From an uncultured Eubacteriales bacterium (GTDB taxonomy: Bacteria; Bacillota; Clostridia; Oscillospirales; Acutalibacteraceae), in NCBI GenBank assembly GCA_900313895.1, contig OMTA01000001.1, forward strand, positions 1 to 41,809: 41,809 bases of DNA. Reading direction: 5' to 3'. Positions within the stretch are counted from its first letter, which is position 1. Each line of letters opens with the position of its first letter. Both the position numbers and the translations under genes were made by a program. The notes under the pieces are model-generated. The model had not been told where the DNA came from. It worked only from the letters and a program-made list of their open reading frames with translations, and did no database searches. Shown here in pieces: positions 1-8,818 of the stretch.

Positions 1-455
1 AAAACCCCTATTACCTCCATTACTACAACCGCGAGACCTGCGAGAAGATCCTCTCGGAATTCGGGCTCCATTCCTCTGCGGCGCATATCATCAACGGCCA
101 TACCCCCGTGCGTACCGTCAAGGGCGAGCTGCCCATCCGCGCCGACGGAAAGCTCTTGGTCATCGACGGCGGCTTCTGCAAAAACTACCACGAGACGACC
201 GGCATCGCGGGCTACACCCTGATCTACAACTCCCACGGCCTGCGCCTGAAGGCGCACCGACCGTTCAGCACGATTTCGGAGGCGCTGCGCGAGAACCGCG
301 ACATCCGCTCCCGGTCGGAGATCGTCGAGACCGAACAACAGCGCATGATGGTCAGCGATACCGACATCGGCTCCACCCTACAGGGCGAGATCGACGATCT
401 CTACCGCCTGCTCGAGATGTACCGTACCGGCGCCATCACCCCGCGCGAAGTCTGA
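1..455 (+). CDS. fbp: Fructose-1,6-bisphosphatase class 3, C-terminal part (truncated by window start)
   Basis: Frame is open from base 3 (NPYY...HIINGHTPV) into ORF 108..455. Motifs HIINGHTPV, LLVIDGGFCK and TGIAGYTLIYNSHG are typical of Firmicute FBPase class 3. Confidence 0.9.
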   Translation, partial: NPYYLHYYNRETCEKILSEFGLHSSAAHIINGHTPVRTVKGELPIRADGKLLVIDGGFCKNYHETTGIAGYTLIYNSHGLRLKAHRPFSTISEALRENRDIRSRSEIVETEQQRMMVSDTDIGSTLQGEIDDLYRLLEMYRTGAITPREV

Positions 456-491
456 TTTCGCCTTTCGCACAAAGATATCCCTAAAGACCCG

Positions 492-521
492 GACCGGGCA
501 GCCCGATAAGGCTGCCCGGTC
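492..521 (+). terminator. Stem-loop after fbp, likely terminator
   Basis: GACCGGGCAGCC-cgataa-GGCTGCCCGGTC is a perfect 12-bp stem. The U-tract is weak. Confidence 0.6.
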
Positions 522-682
522 AGTGCTTTCATAGTATTATTAAACGGAAGCATCAAGCAAAACAGAGATTTCAGACGCTTCTTTACCGGAGGAAAATCCA
601 AAATCAAAACACCGTTTTTCTTGCTTGCTTTCGTTTTCGACAGCCCCATTTTTTGAATAATCAAACCGTTTATCAAAAACTA

Positions 683-711
683 TTGACAAAGGGGAAAAGA
701 GTGAGTATAAT
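683..711 (+). promoter_or_regulatory. SigA promoter for flavodoxin
   Basis: TTGACA (683-688), 17 bp, TATAAT (706-711): perfect consensus. Confidence 0.85.
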
Positions 712-714
712 AAC

Positions 715-776
715 AGTTAGCAGCGGCTAACTAAACGGCCGTTTTATTATTCTCTATTAGTTAGCGGCGGCTAACT
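715..776. promoter_or_regulatory. Two palindromic operator sites AGTTAG-N6-CTAACT (putative metal/iron-responsive repressor)
   Basis: AGTTAGcagcggCTAACT at 715-732 and AGTTAGcggcggCTAACT at 759-776, at and just downstream of the predicted TSS. Half-sites resemble the DtxR-family GTTAG/CTAAC core. Confidence 0.65.
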
Positions 777-901
777 GTTAGGCGAAAGCGTGTTCCTTAT
801 GTCGACAGTTCTATCAGCAACAACGGATCGACGGTAAACAGCCGACACGACAGGCTGCCCGTCACCCGTTGAACAGATCATCATAAGAAAGGAAGATATA
901 T

Positions 902-1324
902 ATGAAAACAGCAATCGTATATTGGAGCGGTACAGGAAATACCGAAGCGATGGCGCAGGCGGTTTTGAACGGCGCCCGATCCGCAGGAGCAGAGGCGGAA
1001 TTATTCACCTCCGACGCCTTTAACGCGGCGATGGCGGATGCGTATGATACCATCGCCTTCGGCTGCCCTTCGATGGGAGCAGAGCAGCTCGAAGAGGACG
1101 AATTTGAGCCGATGCTCGAGGCGTGCAAATCAAAGCTCGCGGGCAAGCGTATCGCGCTGTTCGGCTCTTATGGTTGGGGCGACGGCGAATGGATGCGCAG
1201 CTGGAAGGAACAGTGCACCGAGCTGGGCGCTGTTCTGACAACAGAGCCTGTCATTTGTAATGAAGCGCCCGACGATGAGGCGATCGCCGCGTGCGAGGCG
1301 CTCGGCAAATCGCTGACTGAGTAA
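902..1324 (+). CDS. Short-chain flavodoxin
   Basis: FMN P-loop YWSGTGNTE, GCPSMG and ALFGSYGWGDGEW; 140 aa; RBS AAAGGAAG. Confidence 0.95.
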   Translation: MKTAIVYWSGTGNTEAMAQAVLNGARSAGAEAELFTSDAFNAAMADAYDTIAFGCPSMGAEQLEEDEFEPMLEACKSKLAGKRIALFGSYGWGDGEWMRSWKEQCTELGAVLTTEPVICNEAPDDEAIAACEALGKSLTE

Positions 1325-1374
1325 ATCGCTAAAAGAATAACAAAGAGTTATTTGAACAAAAGACTTCCCCTTTG

Positions 1375-1408
1375 AAGAAATCCCCCGACTTCGGTCGGGG
1401 GATTTCTT
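1375..1408. terminator. Bidirectional intrinsic terminator between flavodoxin and the DUF4340 gene
   Basis: AAGAAATCCCCCGAC-ttcg-GTCGGGGGATTTCTT between convergent genes. Confidence 0.9.
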
Positions 1409-1437
1409 GCGGGACTTACCGCGTATTCCATTTTGTA

Positions 1438-3156
1438 TTACAGGCTCTTCGGCGTTTTATTCGCCGCGACATCAAGGATGTCCTGCTTGAGCGCGTTCAG
1501 ATGTGACTTCGACACCGATCCGATGATCTCGCCGTTCAGCGTAACGGGACAGCTCTTGTCGCTGCTGTCATAGACGGCGATGGTATCGTCGCCTCTGCCG
1601 TTTGTATAACTGACCCTCCACTGATACGCCGGCTGACCGCCGGTGCTTTTCACTCTGCCGAGGTTATTCATGATATTGAAGTTCTGGAAGAACACCTGGA
1701 AGTTGCCCTCGGGGATCAGCTCGCCCTTCATCCTCGCCTCCAGGCCGGCGACCTGTTCCTTCTCGCCGTTCTCCTTGATCGCGTTATCCGTGGTATGCGT
1801 CAGATCGATGGTATATTCCTTGTTCGCGCTCGATACAACGATCCGTGAGATCACTTCCCGATTCAACTCGATCACGGTTTTCGGCAGGAGCTGATCGATA
1901 TCCGTCGTCGCCCATCCGAGCGCGTCGACGCGGATGGTATAGATGATCCCCTTGTCGGGGTTATAGACATTCACCAGCCCGTCGCCTGCCTGCTTGGAAC
2001 AGCTCAGGGTGATCTCGGTATCGGGATATACCGCGTGTATCTTTGCGTAGGGCTCTTTGACGCCGAAGGAGCCGAGCTGTCCGTCGCTCGGATTGACGCA
2101 CACGACGCTCTCGGCATACAGATCGCGGATCGAGCCGGAGATATCGTTGCCCTCATAATCGTCTGCGAACATCTCATAGGGCTTTGTCAGGCGATAGTTC
2201 GCTTTGATCGCCTCGTCCTCATTGGGAACGATCGTGATCGGGTCGGAGAACTTCGATCCGCTCAGCTCGATCATCGAGAAGCTGTCATCCTCAACGGAAG
2301 TCGCCTTCGAGGTGATCTCATAGCTGATCATATCCAGCACATTATAGAGGAAGCTGTCCACCGCGTCATCCGCGACAAGATAGACATTGTTTTCCTCACC
2401 CAGCGCGGCATAGGTGCCCGCGCCGCCGTCCGCCTTGTTACCGACGCGGAACACAGCGGTCGTCTTATCGTTATAGGTCACCCTGACCGTCGCGCGCGGC
2501 TTATCCAGACCGTAGTCGGCGAGGTTACCTCCCACCGCCGCGACCGTCGTAAAGCTCAGCGAAGCCGCGTCATTTGCGACCGCGTCCGCCATACCGGGTC
2601 TGAGGTCATAGCCCTCAAAGCCGGTGATCGTGTAGACCGTTTCCTGACCCTCGGGCGTTGACGAATTCACCGTAAACGAACCCGCGGTATTTTCGACCTC
2701 GATCTTTGAGATCTGCGCCGGTACATAGGACACCAGCTCGCCGTAGCCGTTTTGAGCGATCTCGCCCTCCTCGTCGGTCGCGATCTCAACATGATGCTCG
2801 CCTTTTTTATCGACGACAGTCGCCATCTGGACGGGCTCCGCATACTTCACATCGCTGTCATCTATCGTCTTTTGCGGCTGATTGACGGCTACGACCACCG
2901 CGATGATCAGCGCCGCCACCACGACGATACCGATGATCAGACCGATCGCGCCGCGGCTGAGCTTACCCTTTTTTTCGGGCGCTTTCTCATCCTCTTTCAC
3001 TTCCTGCGAGCGATTCATAAAGCTCTCGAGCGCCGCGTCCTTTTCCGCCTCATTTTCAGCCGGAGTGTTTTCTTTATTTTCCGTCACCTTTGCCGCCTTG
3101 GTATCATCGACCTTCGGCGCGATGTTTTTCTTTTTCTTTTTGGGGGCTTTTGCCAT
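1438..3156 (-). CDS. DUF4340-like membrane-anchored extracellular protein
   Basis: Charged N-tail, one TM helix, motif LADYGLDKP plus a second LGSFGVKEP repeat. It follows a GldG-like gene, as is usual. Start placed at ATG 3156 (GGAGG RBS, TAATG overlap with the upstream stop) rather than 3180. Confidence 0.7.
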   Translation of the reverse strand: MAKAPKKKKKNIAPKVDDTKAAKVTENKENTPAENEAEKDAALESFMNRSQEVKEDEKAPEKKGKLSRGAIGLIIGIVVVAALIIAVVVAVNQPQKTIDDSDVKYAEPVQMATVVDKKGEHHVEIATDEEGEIAQNGYGELVSYVPAQISKIEVENTAGSFTVNSSTPEGQETVYTITGFEGYDLRPGMADAVANDAASLSFTTVAAVGGNLADYGLDKPRATVRVTYNDKTTAVFRVGNKADGGAGTYAALGEENNVYLVADDAVDSFLYNVLDMISYEITSKATSVEDDSFSMIELSGSKFSDPITIVPNEDEAIKANYRLTKPYEMFADDYEGNDISGSIRDLYAESVVCVNPSDGQLGSFGVKEPYAKIHAVYPDTEITLSCSKQAGDGLVNVYNPDKGIIYTIRVDALGWATTDIDQLLPKTVIELNREVISRIVVSSANKEYTIDLTHTTDNAIKENGEKEQVAGLEARMKGELIPEGNFQVFFQNFNIMNNLGRVKSTGGQPAYQWRVSYTNGRGDDTIAVYDSSDKSCPVTLNGEIIGSVSKSHLNALKQDILDVAANKTPKSL

Positions 3157-4667
3157 TATCGATGCCTCCTTCTGATCCATACGATCAAACCGATCACAAG
3201 CACGACCCCGGGCAGGATAAACCGTACCAGAACGCTCAGGAAGTTGATGTCGTTCTGCGAGCTGACACCCAGCTCGGTAGAGGTCGGACTCTTTCCTTCG
3301 ATCAGGATCGGCGCCTCACCCTTGTCGGAAAGAACGTTGAACATATTGATAAAGTAAGCCGTATTGTTATAGCTGTTTGCCGTCAGATACAGGTTGCTGA
3401 CCGCGTAGTAGGAGCCGATCGTGACCACCGACGAGTTAACGCCGGAAGTACCGCTCTTTCTGCCGATCGCCGCGCCGCACATCGTGCCGTCAACATCTCC
3501 CAGCTCCTGCGTCTTGATATCGAACCGCTCGACGTCGTCGGAGGATACCAGCATCGGCGACGCCATCGCCTTATCAAGGATCTTGATCGGCATCGTACCG
3601 CGCACACCGCCCAGGATGACTTTTTTCTCCCTGTCGGAGAGATCCTCGGTAAAGTCGGTGTCCGCGTAATCAAACAGCGAGTTATTCATATTGCTGCCGG
3701 GGATGAGGTAGTCGGTATTCTTCTCAAAGATATAGGCGTAGTCGACCTCCATCCCGTAGTCGGCAAGCAGCGTGTTGAAATTCGGGAAAAGCTCCGCCGC
3801 CACATCGTCGTTCGGGAAATAGATGATGTGATGGCCGTATTTGCCGTCGTTCGTCAGCCATTTACTCAGCGTATCATACAGCTCCTTATCGATATCCGCG
3901 AGCGGCTTGTAGATGATAAGGAACTGACTTTTGTCGGAGATCTTGTCCGTATACAGGTTCACGGTCTCCACATCGTAGGCGTTCATCGAAAGCCTTGCCG
4001 CAAAGGCGGAGCAGTCCTCCTCGTCCTGACCGGAGAGGATGCTGACGGTCACACGCTCCTTGTCGCTGACCTTCAATATCGCCGAGGTCACGCTCTGTTC
4101 CACGTGCTGCGACTGAACGACCATGTAGCCCTCTTCCTGATAGGTCTTGGTGTCATAGCTGAACACATCCGTCGGGTCGAGCGTCGTATAGTTATCGCCG
4201 CAGGTCAAGAGCATCATGTGCGTCTGCGAGCGATTCACGTTGGGATACTTTGTCAGGAAGGTCGGATTTTTGACCAGATCGACATAGTGCAGGTGGATCT
4301 TGTCGGAGTTATATTCAAATTCATGCAGCAGACGATTCGCCTGCACATAGTATTCATAGTTAGAGGTATTATTGCGTTCGAGATCCTCCTCGCTCGCGAG
4401 GACATAGATATCGACGTCTTTGTCGAGCGAATCGATATAGTCGATCGTCTGCGTCTGCAATTTAAAATTGCGGTTCGCCGTTACATCGATATACATCGCG
4501 CTGCGGTCGGACAGCACCGCCAGGATCACGTTGACCAAAACGATCGCCGCGATGATCAGCGCCGTGATACCGACCGAGGTCGCGCCGCGGCGGGTGTTGC
4601 GCGCGGTGACAAAATTCCTGAAGCCTTTCTTTTCAGCGGAGGGCTTTTTTGACGTTTGTTTACTCAT
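3156..4667 (-). CDS. GldG-like ABC-associated auxiliary protein
   Basis: N-terminal TM, IDVTANRNFKL motif, EQSVTSAI...GQDE and C-terminal TM ending IWIRRRHR. Start at ATG 4667 with GAGGAGG RBS. Confidence 0.8.
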   Translation of the reverse strand: MSKQTSKKPSAEKKGFRNFVTARNTRRGATSVGITALIIAAIVLVNVILAVLSDRSAMYIDVTANRNFKLQTQTIDYIDSLDKDVDIYVLASEEDLERNNTSNYEYYVQANRLLHEFEYNSDKIHLHYVDLVKNPTFLTKYPNVNRSQTHMMLLTCGDNYTTLDPTDVFSYDTKTYQEEGYMVVQSQHVEQSVTSAILKVSDKERVTVSILSGQDEEDCSAFAARLSMNAYDVETVNLYTDKISDKSQFLIIYKPLADIDKELYDTLSKWLTNDGKYGHHIIYFPNDDVAAELFPNFNTLLADYGMEVDYAYIFEKNTDYLIPGSNMNNSLFDYADTDFTEDLSDREKKVILGGVRGTMPIKILDKAMASPMLVSSDDVERFDIKTQELGDVDGTMCGAAIGRKSGTSGVNSSVVTIGSYYAVSNLYLTANSYNNTAYFINMFNVLSDKGEAPILIEGKSPTSTELGVSSQNDINFLSVLVRFILPGVVLVIGLIVWIRRRHR

Positions 4668-4678
4668 GCCGCACCTCC

Positions 4679-5383
4679 TCAGCTCCAACGACGTTTCTCA
4701 TAGACACGGGCGGTCAAAAAGAGGAAGATCGCCGCGATCGAGAGAAAGAAGACCACGCTCGGCAGACTGATGATGCCGGTGGAAAAATTCGAAAAATGCT
4801 TGTCAAAAGAGATCTTGTTGATGACGTTCGTCACCCATTCGGTATTGATATAGCTCGCGAGATCCGAGAGACGGTCGATCAGGATGCCGATGCCGATCGC
4901 GACGGTCGCGGCGATGATCTGACTTTCCGTCAGCGCCGAGATGAACATATCGATCGCGATCATCGCCCCTCCCAGCAGCAGAACGCCGAGGAAGGTCGTG
5001 AAGAACACCGCCCAGTCGGGAGCGGAGAAGGTCGCGATGATGATCGCGTACAGGATGAAAATCGACACACAGAGGCAGAACATCACGAACGCCGCCAAAA
5101 ACTTTCCGAAAACGATCTCAAAGAGATTCACCGGAGCGGTCAGAAGCGCCTGCTCGGTTTTTTGCCGTCTTTCTTCGGCAAACGACCGCATCGTGATCAG
5201 CGGCACGACCAGAAGGATCATCAAAAACATCGCGGCAAAGAACATCGCCATCGACGAGGTGTTGTACATCAGACAGTAGGTGTAGAACGATACGCCCGAG
5301 AAAAACCAGAATACGGCGAGAACGACATAGCCTACCGCCGAATTGAAATACGAGCCAAGCTCACGTTTGAAAATCGCCGCCAT
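4679..5383 (-). CDS. ABC-2 type permease (GldF-like)
   Basis: MAAIFKRELGSYF, PLITMRSFAEERRQKTEQALLTAPV and GKFLA; about 6 TM helices. Confidence 0.9.
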   Translation of the reverse strand: MAAIFKRELGSYFNSAVGYVVLAVFWFFSGVSFYTYCLMYNTSSMAMFFAAMFLMILLVVPLITMRSFAEERRQKTEQALLTAPVNLFEIVFGKFLAAFVMFCLCVSIFILYAIIIATFSAPDWAVFFTTFLGVLLLGGAMIAIDMFISALTESQIIAATVAIGIGILIDRLSDLASYINTEWVTNVINKISFDKHFSNFSTGIISLPSVVFFLSIAAIFLFLTARVYEKRRWS

Positions 5384-6306
5384 CAGTCATCCCCTCCTTC
5401 GGTCAGCTTGAGGAAGCTCTCCTCCAGCGTCAGCCCGCCGGTCGTCATCGACAGGATCGGACAGTCCGCCCGCGCGAGCGCCTTGAATACGCCGCGCCGC
5501 ACATCGGTATCGGTATCAAAGCTGACGGTATAGCTGTTGCCGGAGCGATGCGTGACGCGTCTGACGCCGTCAACACTGCCAAGCGCATTTTTGACGGTAC
5601 CGACGCCGCCCTCGATCTCCAGCGTCAGCATACCCGTGCCGCTGATGACCTCCGAGAGCTTGTCGATCGGCGAGTCCGCGACGATCTGACCCTTGTTGAT
5701 CAGCACCACGCGGTCACACAGTGCGCTTACCTCCGACAAAACGTGCGAGGAAAAGATGACCGTATGCTTTTTGCCGAGCGTCTTGATGAGCTTGCGCGTC
5801 TCGATGATCTGCTTCGGATCGAGTCCGACCGTCGGCTCGTCGAGGATCAGCACCGGCGGATTGCCGATGAGCGCGCCCGCAAGTCCCACCCTCTGGCGAT
5901 AACCCTTCGACAGATTGCGGATGATGCGTTTTTCGACGTCCCTGAGCTTGACGATGGTCATGACCTCGTCGATATGCTCCTTTTTCGGAAGCCGGACCTT
6001 TTTCAGATCAAAGAGAAATTCCAGATAGTTTCTGACCGTCATCTCCTGATACAGCGGAGGCTGTTCGGGCAGATATCCGATCTTCGATTTCGCCTTTTTC
6101 GGCTGCTCGAGGATATCATAGCCCTCGACGATGACGCTGCCCTCGCTCGAGGACAGATATCCGGTGATGATATTCAGCGTCGTACTTTTACCCGCGCCGT
6201 TCGGACCGAGCAGCCCGAGGATCTCGCCGGGATTCGCGACAAAGCTGATATCATCCACGGCAAGAACGTTGCCGTAATGTTTACTTAAATGTTTGATTTC
6301 AACCAT
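5383..6306 (-). CDS. ABC transporter ATP-binding protein (GldA-like)
   Basis: Walker A GPNGAGKST, signature LSKGYRQRV, Walker B LILDEPTVGLDP and H-loop SSH. Start is 6306 (RBS GAGGT) or 6321. Confidence 0.95.
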   Translation of the reverse strand: MVEIKHLSKHYGNVLAVDDISFVANPGEILGLLGPNGAGKSTTLNIITGYLSSSEGSVIVEGYDILEQPKKAKSKIGYLPEQPPLYQEMTVRNYLEFLFDLKKVRLPKKEHIDEVMTIVKLRDVEKRIIRNLSKGYRQRVGLAGALIGNPPVLILDEPTVGLDPKQIIETRKLIKTLGKKHTVIFSSHVLSEVSALCDRVVLINKGQIVADSPIDKLSEVISGTGMLTLEIEGGVGTVKNALGSVDGVRRVTHRSGNSYTVSFDTDTDVRRGVFKALARADCPILSMTTGGLTLEESFLKLTEGGDD

Positions 6307-6346
6307 GTTTACCTCTTCCATTCAAAATGTAAGGGAGCTTTTAGAT

Positions 6347-6689
6347 AATGAGGAATCAGGAATGATGAATTAGGAATTATTGTAGGGTTCGGCGCTTGTC
6401 GACGTACCGATATCAGGCGTGAAGAATTGATTTGTAGGGACGACCAATGGTCGTCCGCAAAGCCTTCCCCTCGGGGAAATTCCCCTGTCAGGGGAAATGT
6501 CCGCAAAGCGGACAAAAGGGTTGCCGTTCCTGCAAGGAAAAGGTGTCACCGCAGGTGACGGATGAGGGGCTGACTTTTCCTCCATCGCCCCGAACTCGGT
6601 TGCACTGCTTCCAATCTGTAGGGGTCGGCGTGACACGCGTGTCCGACGTCCCGCTACCTTCCTGTCAAATCCCCTCCGCAAGCGAAGCA
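6347..6689. repeat. Mosaic repeat cluster: heptamer run, three GTAG REP hairpins (6382, 6434, 6618), CCCCT-hairpin element with nested insert, GCGAAGCA
   Basis: Parts recur at 13883-14215, 15944-16047 and 24291-24569. For example 6382-6443 is a close copy of 14001-14059. Confidence 0.85.
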
Positions 6690-6697
6690 TATTTAGC

Positions 6698-7495
6698 TCA
6701 GTACGGACTGATATATGTAATACACTTCTGCGGACAATTATCGACACACGCGCCGCAGCCGTTACATTTTTCGGGATCGACCGTCGCGCAAAAATCCTTG
6801 ACCGTCACCGCGCCGGTGGGACAATTCTTCTCACATTTCTTACAGCCGATACAGCCTGTCGTACAGAGCTTTCTGGTCAGCGCGCCCTTGTCCTTATTCG
6901 AACAGCGCATCACCGCCGAATTCTTTAAGGGAACGATCGAGATGATCTTTCTCGGACACGCTTTGACGCACATCGCGCACGCCTTACATTTATTCTCATC
7001 CACAACGGCAACGCCGTTACAGACCTTGATCGCGTCATAGGGGCACGCCGCCTCACAGTCGCCCAGCCCCATACAGCCGAACGAGCAGGCGGTCAGCCCG
7101 CCGCCGATCCTCTGCGCCGCGGCACAGCTTTTGATGCCGTTATATTCCGCTTTGTAGGAGGTGTTGTCGAGCGATCCCATACAGTGGACGACCGCGACCT
7201 TTTTCTCCATGCTCCCGGTCTCAACGCCGAGGATTCCCGAGATCTCCTTTGCGCAGCTGATACCGCCGGGCGCGCAGAGACCGACCTCCGCTTTTCCCTT
7301 TGCCAGCGCGTCGGCATAGCCGGAACAGCCGGAAAAACCGCACGCGCCGCAGTTCGCGCCGGGAAGCGCTTCCAATATTTTTTCCGCTTTCTCATCCTTG
7401 GGGACAGCCATCACGATCGAGGCGATCGACAGGATCAGTCCGATCAAAAGTCCGATACCCGCGACAAGGCAGATCGCTAAAACGATAGTATTCAT
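6698..7495 (-). CDS. rnfB: Rnf electron transport complex subunit B
   Basis: N-terminal TM, LPGANCGACGFSGC and several CxxCxxCxxxCP ferredoxin motifs; last gene of rnfCDGEAB. Confidence 0.95.
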   Translation of the reverse strand: MNTIVLAICLVAGIGLLIGLILSIASIVMAVPKDEKAEKILEALPGANCGACGFSGCSGYADALAKGKAEVGLCAPGGISCAKEISGILGVETGSMEKKVAVVHCMGSLDNTSYKAEYNGIKSCAAAQRIGGGLTACSFGCMGLGDCEAACPYDAIKVCNGVAVVDENKCKACAMCVKACPRKIISIVPLKNSAVMRCSNKDKGALTRKLCTTGCIGCKKCEKNCPTGAVTVKDFCATVDPEKCNGCGACVDNCPQKCITYISPY

Positions 7496-7506
7496 ATCCT
7501 GCCTCC

Positions 7507-8130
7507 TTAGCTCAGCGGGATCAGCTTATCGACCACGCCCGCAAATCCGAGGAAGGACAGCGAGACGAGGGCGGCTGAAACCAGGGTGATAGGCAGACCC
7601 TTGAGGGATTTGGGGATATCCGCGCTCTCAAGGCGACCGCGCACTCCCGCGAACATGACCATCGCGACCATAAATCCGATACCCGCGCCGAACGCGTTGA
7701 CCAGCGCGTGCAGGTAGGTGTAGTTATACAGGGTCGTGCCATCGACCTTCTGCAGCACCAGCATGGTAACGCCCAGCACCGCGCAGTTGGTGGTGATCAG
7801 CGGCAGATAGATACCCAGCGATTGATACAAAGAGGGGATGTATTTTTTGAGGATGATCTCCACCAGCTGTACCAGACCCGCGATGATCAGGATGAACAGC
7901 ACGGTCTGGAGATACTCGATCCCCGCGGGGACGAGGATGTAGGTGTAGATCGGGAAGGTGACCGCGGTCGCAAGCACCATGACAAAGGTGACCGCTACGC
8001 TCATTCCGAAGGCGGTGTTCAGCTTTTTGCTGACGCCGAGGAAGGGACAGATCCCGAGAAACTTGCACAGAACATAGTTTTCGGTGAGGATCGCCGCGAG
8101 GAATACGGCGATGAGGGACTTAATCAACAT
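7507..8130 (-). CDS. rnfA: Rnf subunit A
   Basis: KFLGICPFLGVSKK and GIYLPLITTNCAVLG. Start at ATG 8130 with GGAGG RBS. Confidence 0.95.
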   Translation of the reverse strand: MLIKSLIAVFLAAILTENYVLCKFLGICPFLGVSKKLNTAFGMSVAVTFVMVLATAVTFPIYTYILVPAGIEYLQTVLFILIIAGLVQLVEIILKKYIPSLYQSLGIYLPLITTNCAVLGVTMLVLQKVDGTTLYNYTYLHALVNAFGAGIGFMVAMVMFAGVRGRLESADIPKSLKGLPITLVSAALVSLSFLGFAGVVDKLIPLS

Positions 8131-8818
8131 TCTCGGTCGCCTCCTTTTCACCGCATTTTTCCGCCTTTTGCGAACAGCTCGCCGCCATCGGACAGCCGTC
8201 GCACGGCGTCGTCTTGACCTTTCTGCCCGCGCGGGTGTTCAGCTTGTTTGCCAGCATGATCAGGATGCCGAAGACGAAGAAGCCGCCGGGAGGCAGGATG
8301 AAGATCAAGATCTGAACGGGCATCAGCTGGAACCCGAAGATCGAGCCCGAGCCGAGCAGCTCGCGGATAATACCCATACACAAGAGCGCCGCCGTAAAGC
8401 CGACGCCCATCCCCAGTCCGTCGAGGATCGACGGCAGGACGGGATTTTTGCCCGCGTACATTTCCGCTCTGCCCAAGATGATACAGTTGACAACGATCAG
8501 CGGCAGATAGATGCCGAGGCTGTCGTTGATCGCGGGCGCGAACGCCTTGACCAGCATCTGGACGATGGTAACAAAGCCGGCGATGATGGTGATATAGGCG
8601 GGAATACGCACCTTGTCGGGGATGACCTTCCGCAAAGCGGAGATAACGGCGTTGGAGCAAACCAGCACCAAAGTCGCCGCGACGCCCATACCGATCGCGT
8701 TGGTCGCGGACGTCGTGACCGCCAGCGTCGGACAGGTACCCAGCACTAAGCACAGAACCGGATTTTCCTTGACGATACCTTTGGTAAATTCTTTAAACAG
8801 ACTGCGCTTTTCCATCAT
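8120..8818 (-). CDS. rnfE: Rnf subunit E
   Basis: ENPVLCLVLGTCPTLAVT, GIYLPLIVVNCIILGRAE and LPPGGF. Start is 8818 or 8815, after GGAGG. Confidence 0.95.
   Translation of the reverse strand: MMEKRSLFKEFTKGIVKENPVLCLVLGTCPTLAVTTSATNAIGMGVAATLVLVCSNAVISALRKVIPDKVRIPAYITIIAGFVTIVQMLVKAFAPAINDSLGIYLPLIVVNCIILGRAEMYAGKNPVLPSILDGLGMGVGFTAALLCMGIIRELLGSGSIFGFQLMPVQILIFILPPGGFFVFGILIMLANKLNTRAGRKVKTTPCDGCPMAASCSQKAEKCGEKEATENVD

Noticed and set aside
636-642. Spo0A box TTCGACA upstream of the flavodoxin promoter
   Set aside because: Isolated 7-mer; several are expected by chance in 42 kb.
6309-7040. ORFs 6309..6515, 6370..6747 and 6447..7040, and similarly 24153..24383, 24241..24576 and 15554..15991
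   Set aside because: They are translations of palindromic and heptamer repeats (for example NSSFLIPH, VGTFLAG) or antisense to real genes, with no RBS or recognisable domain.
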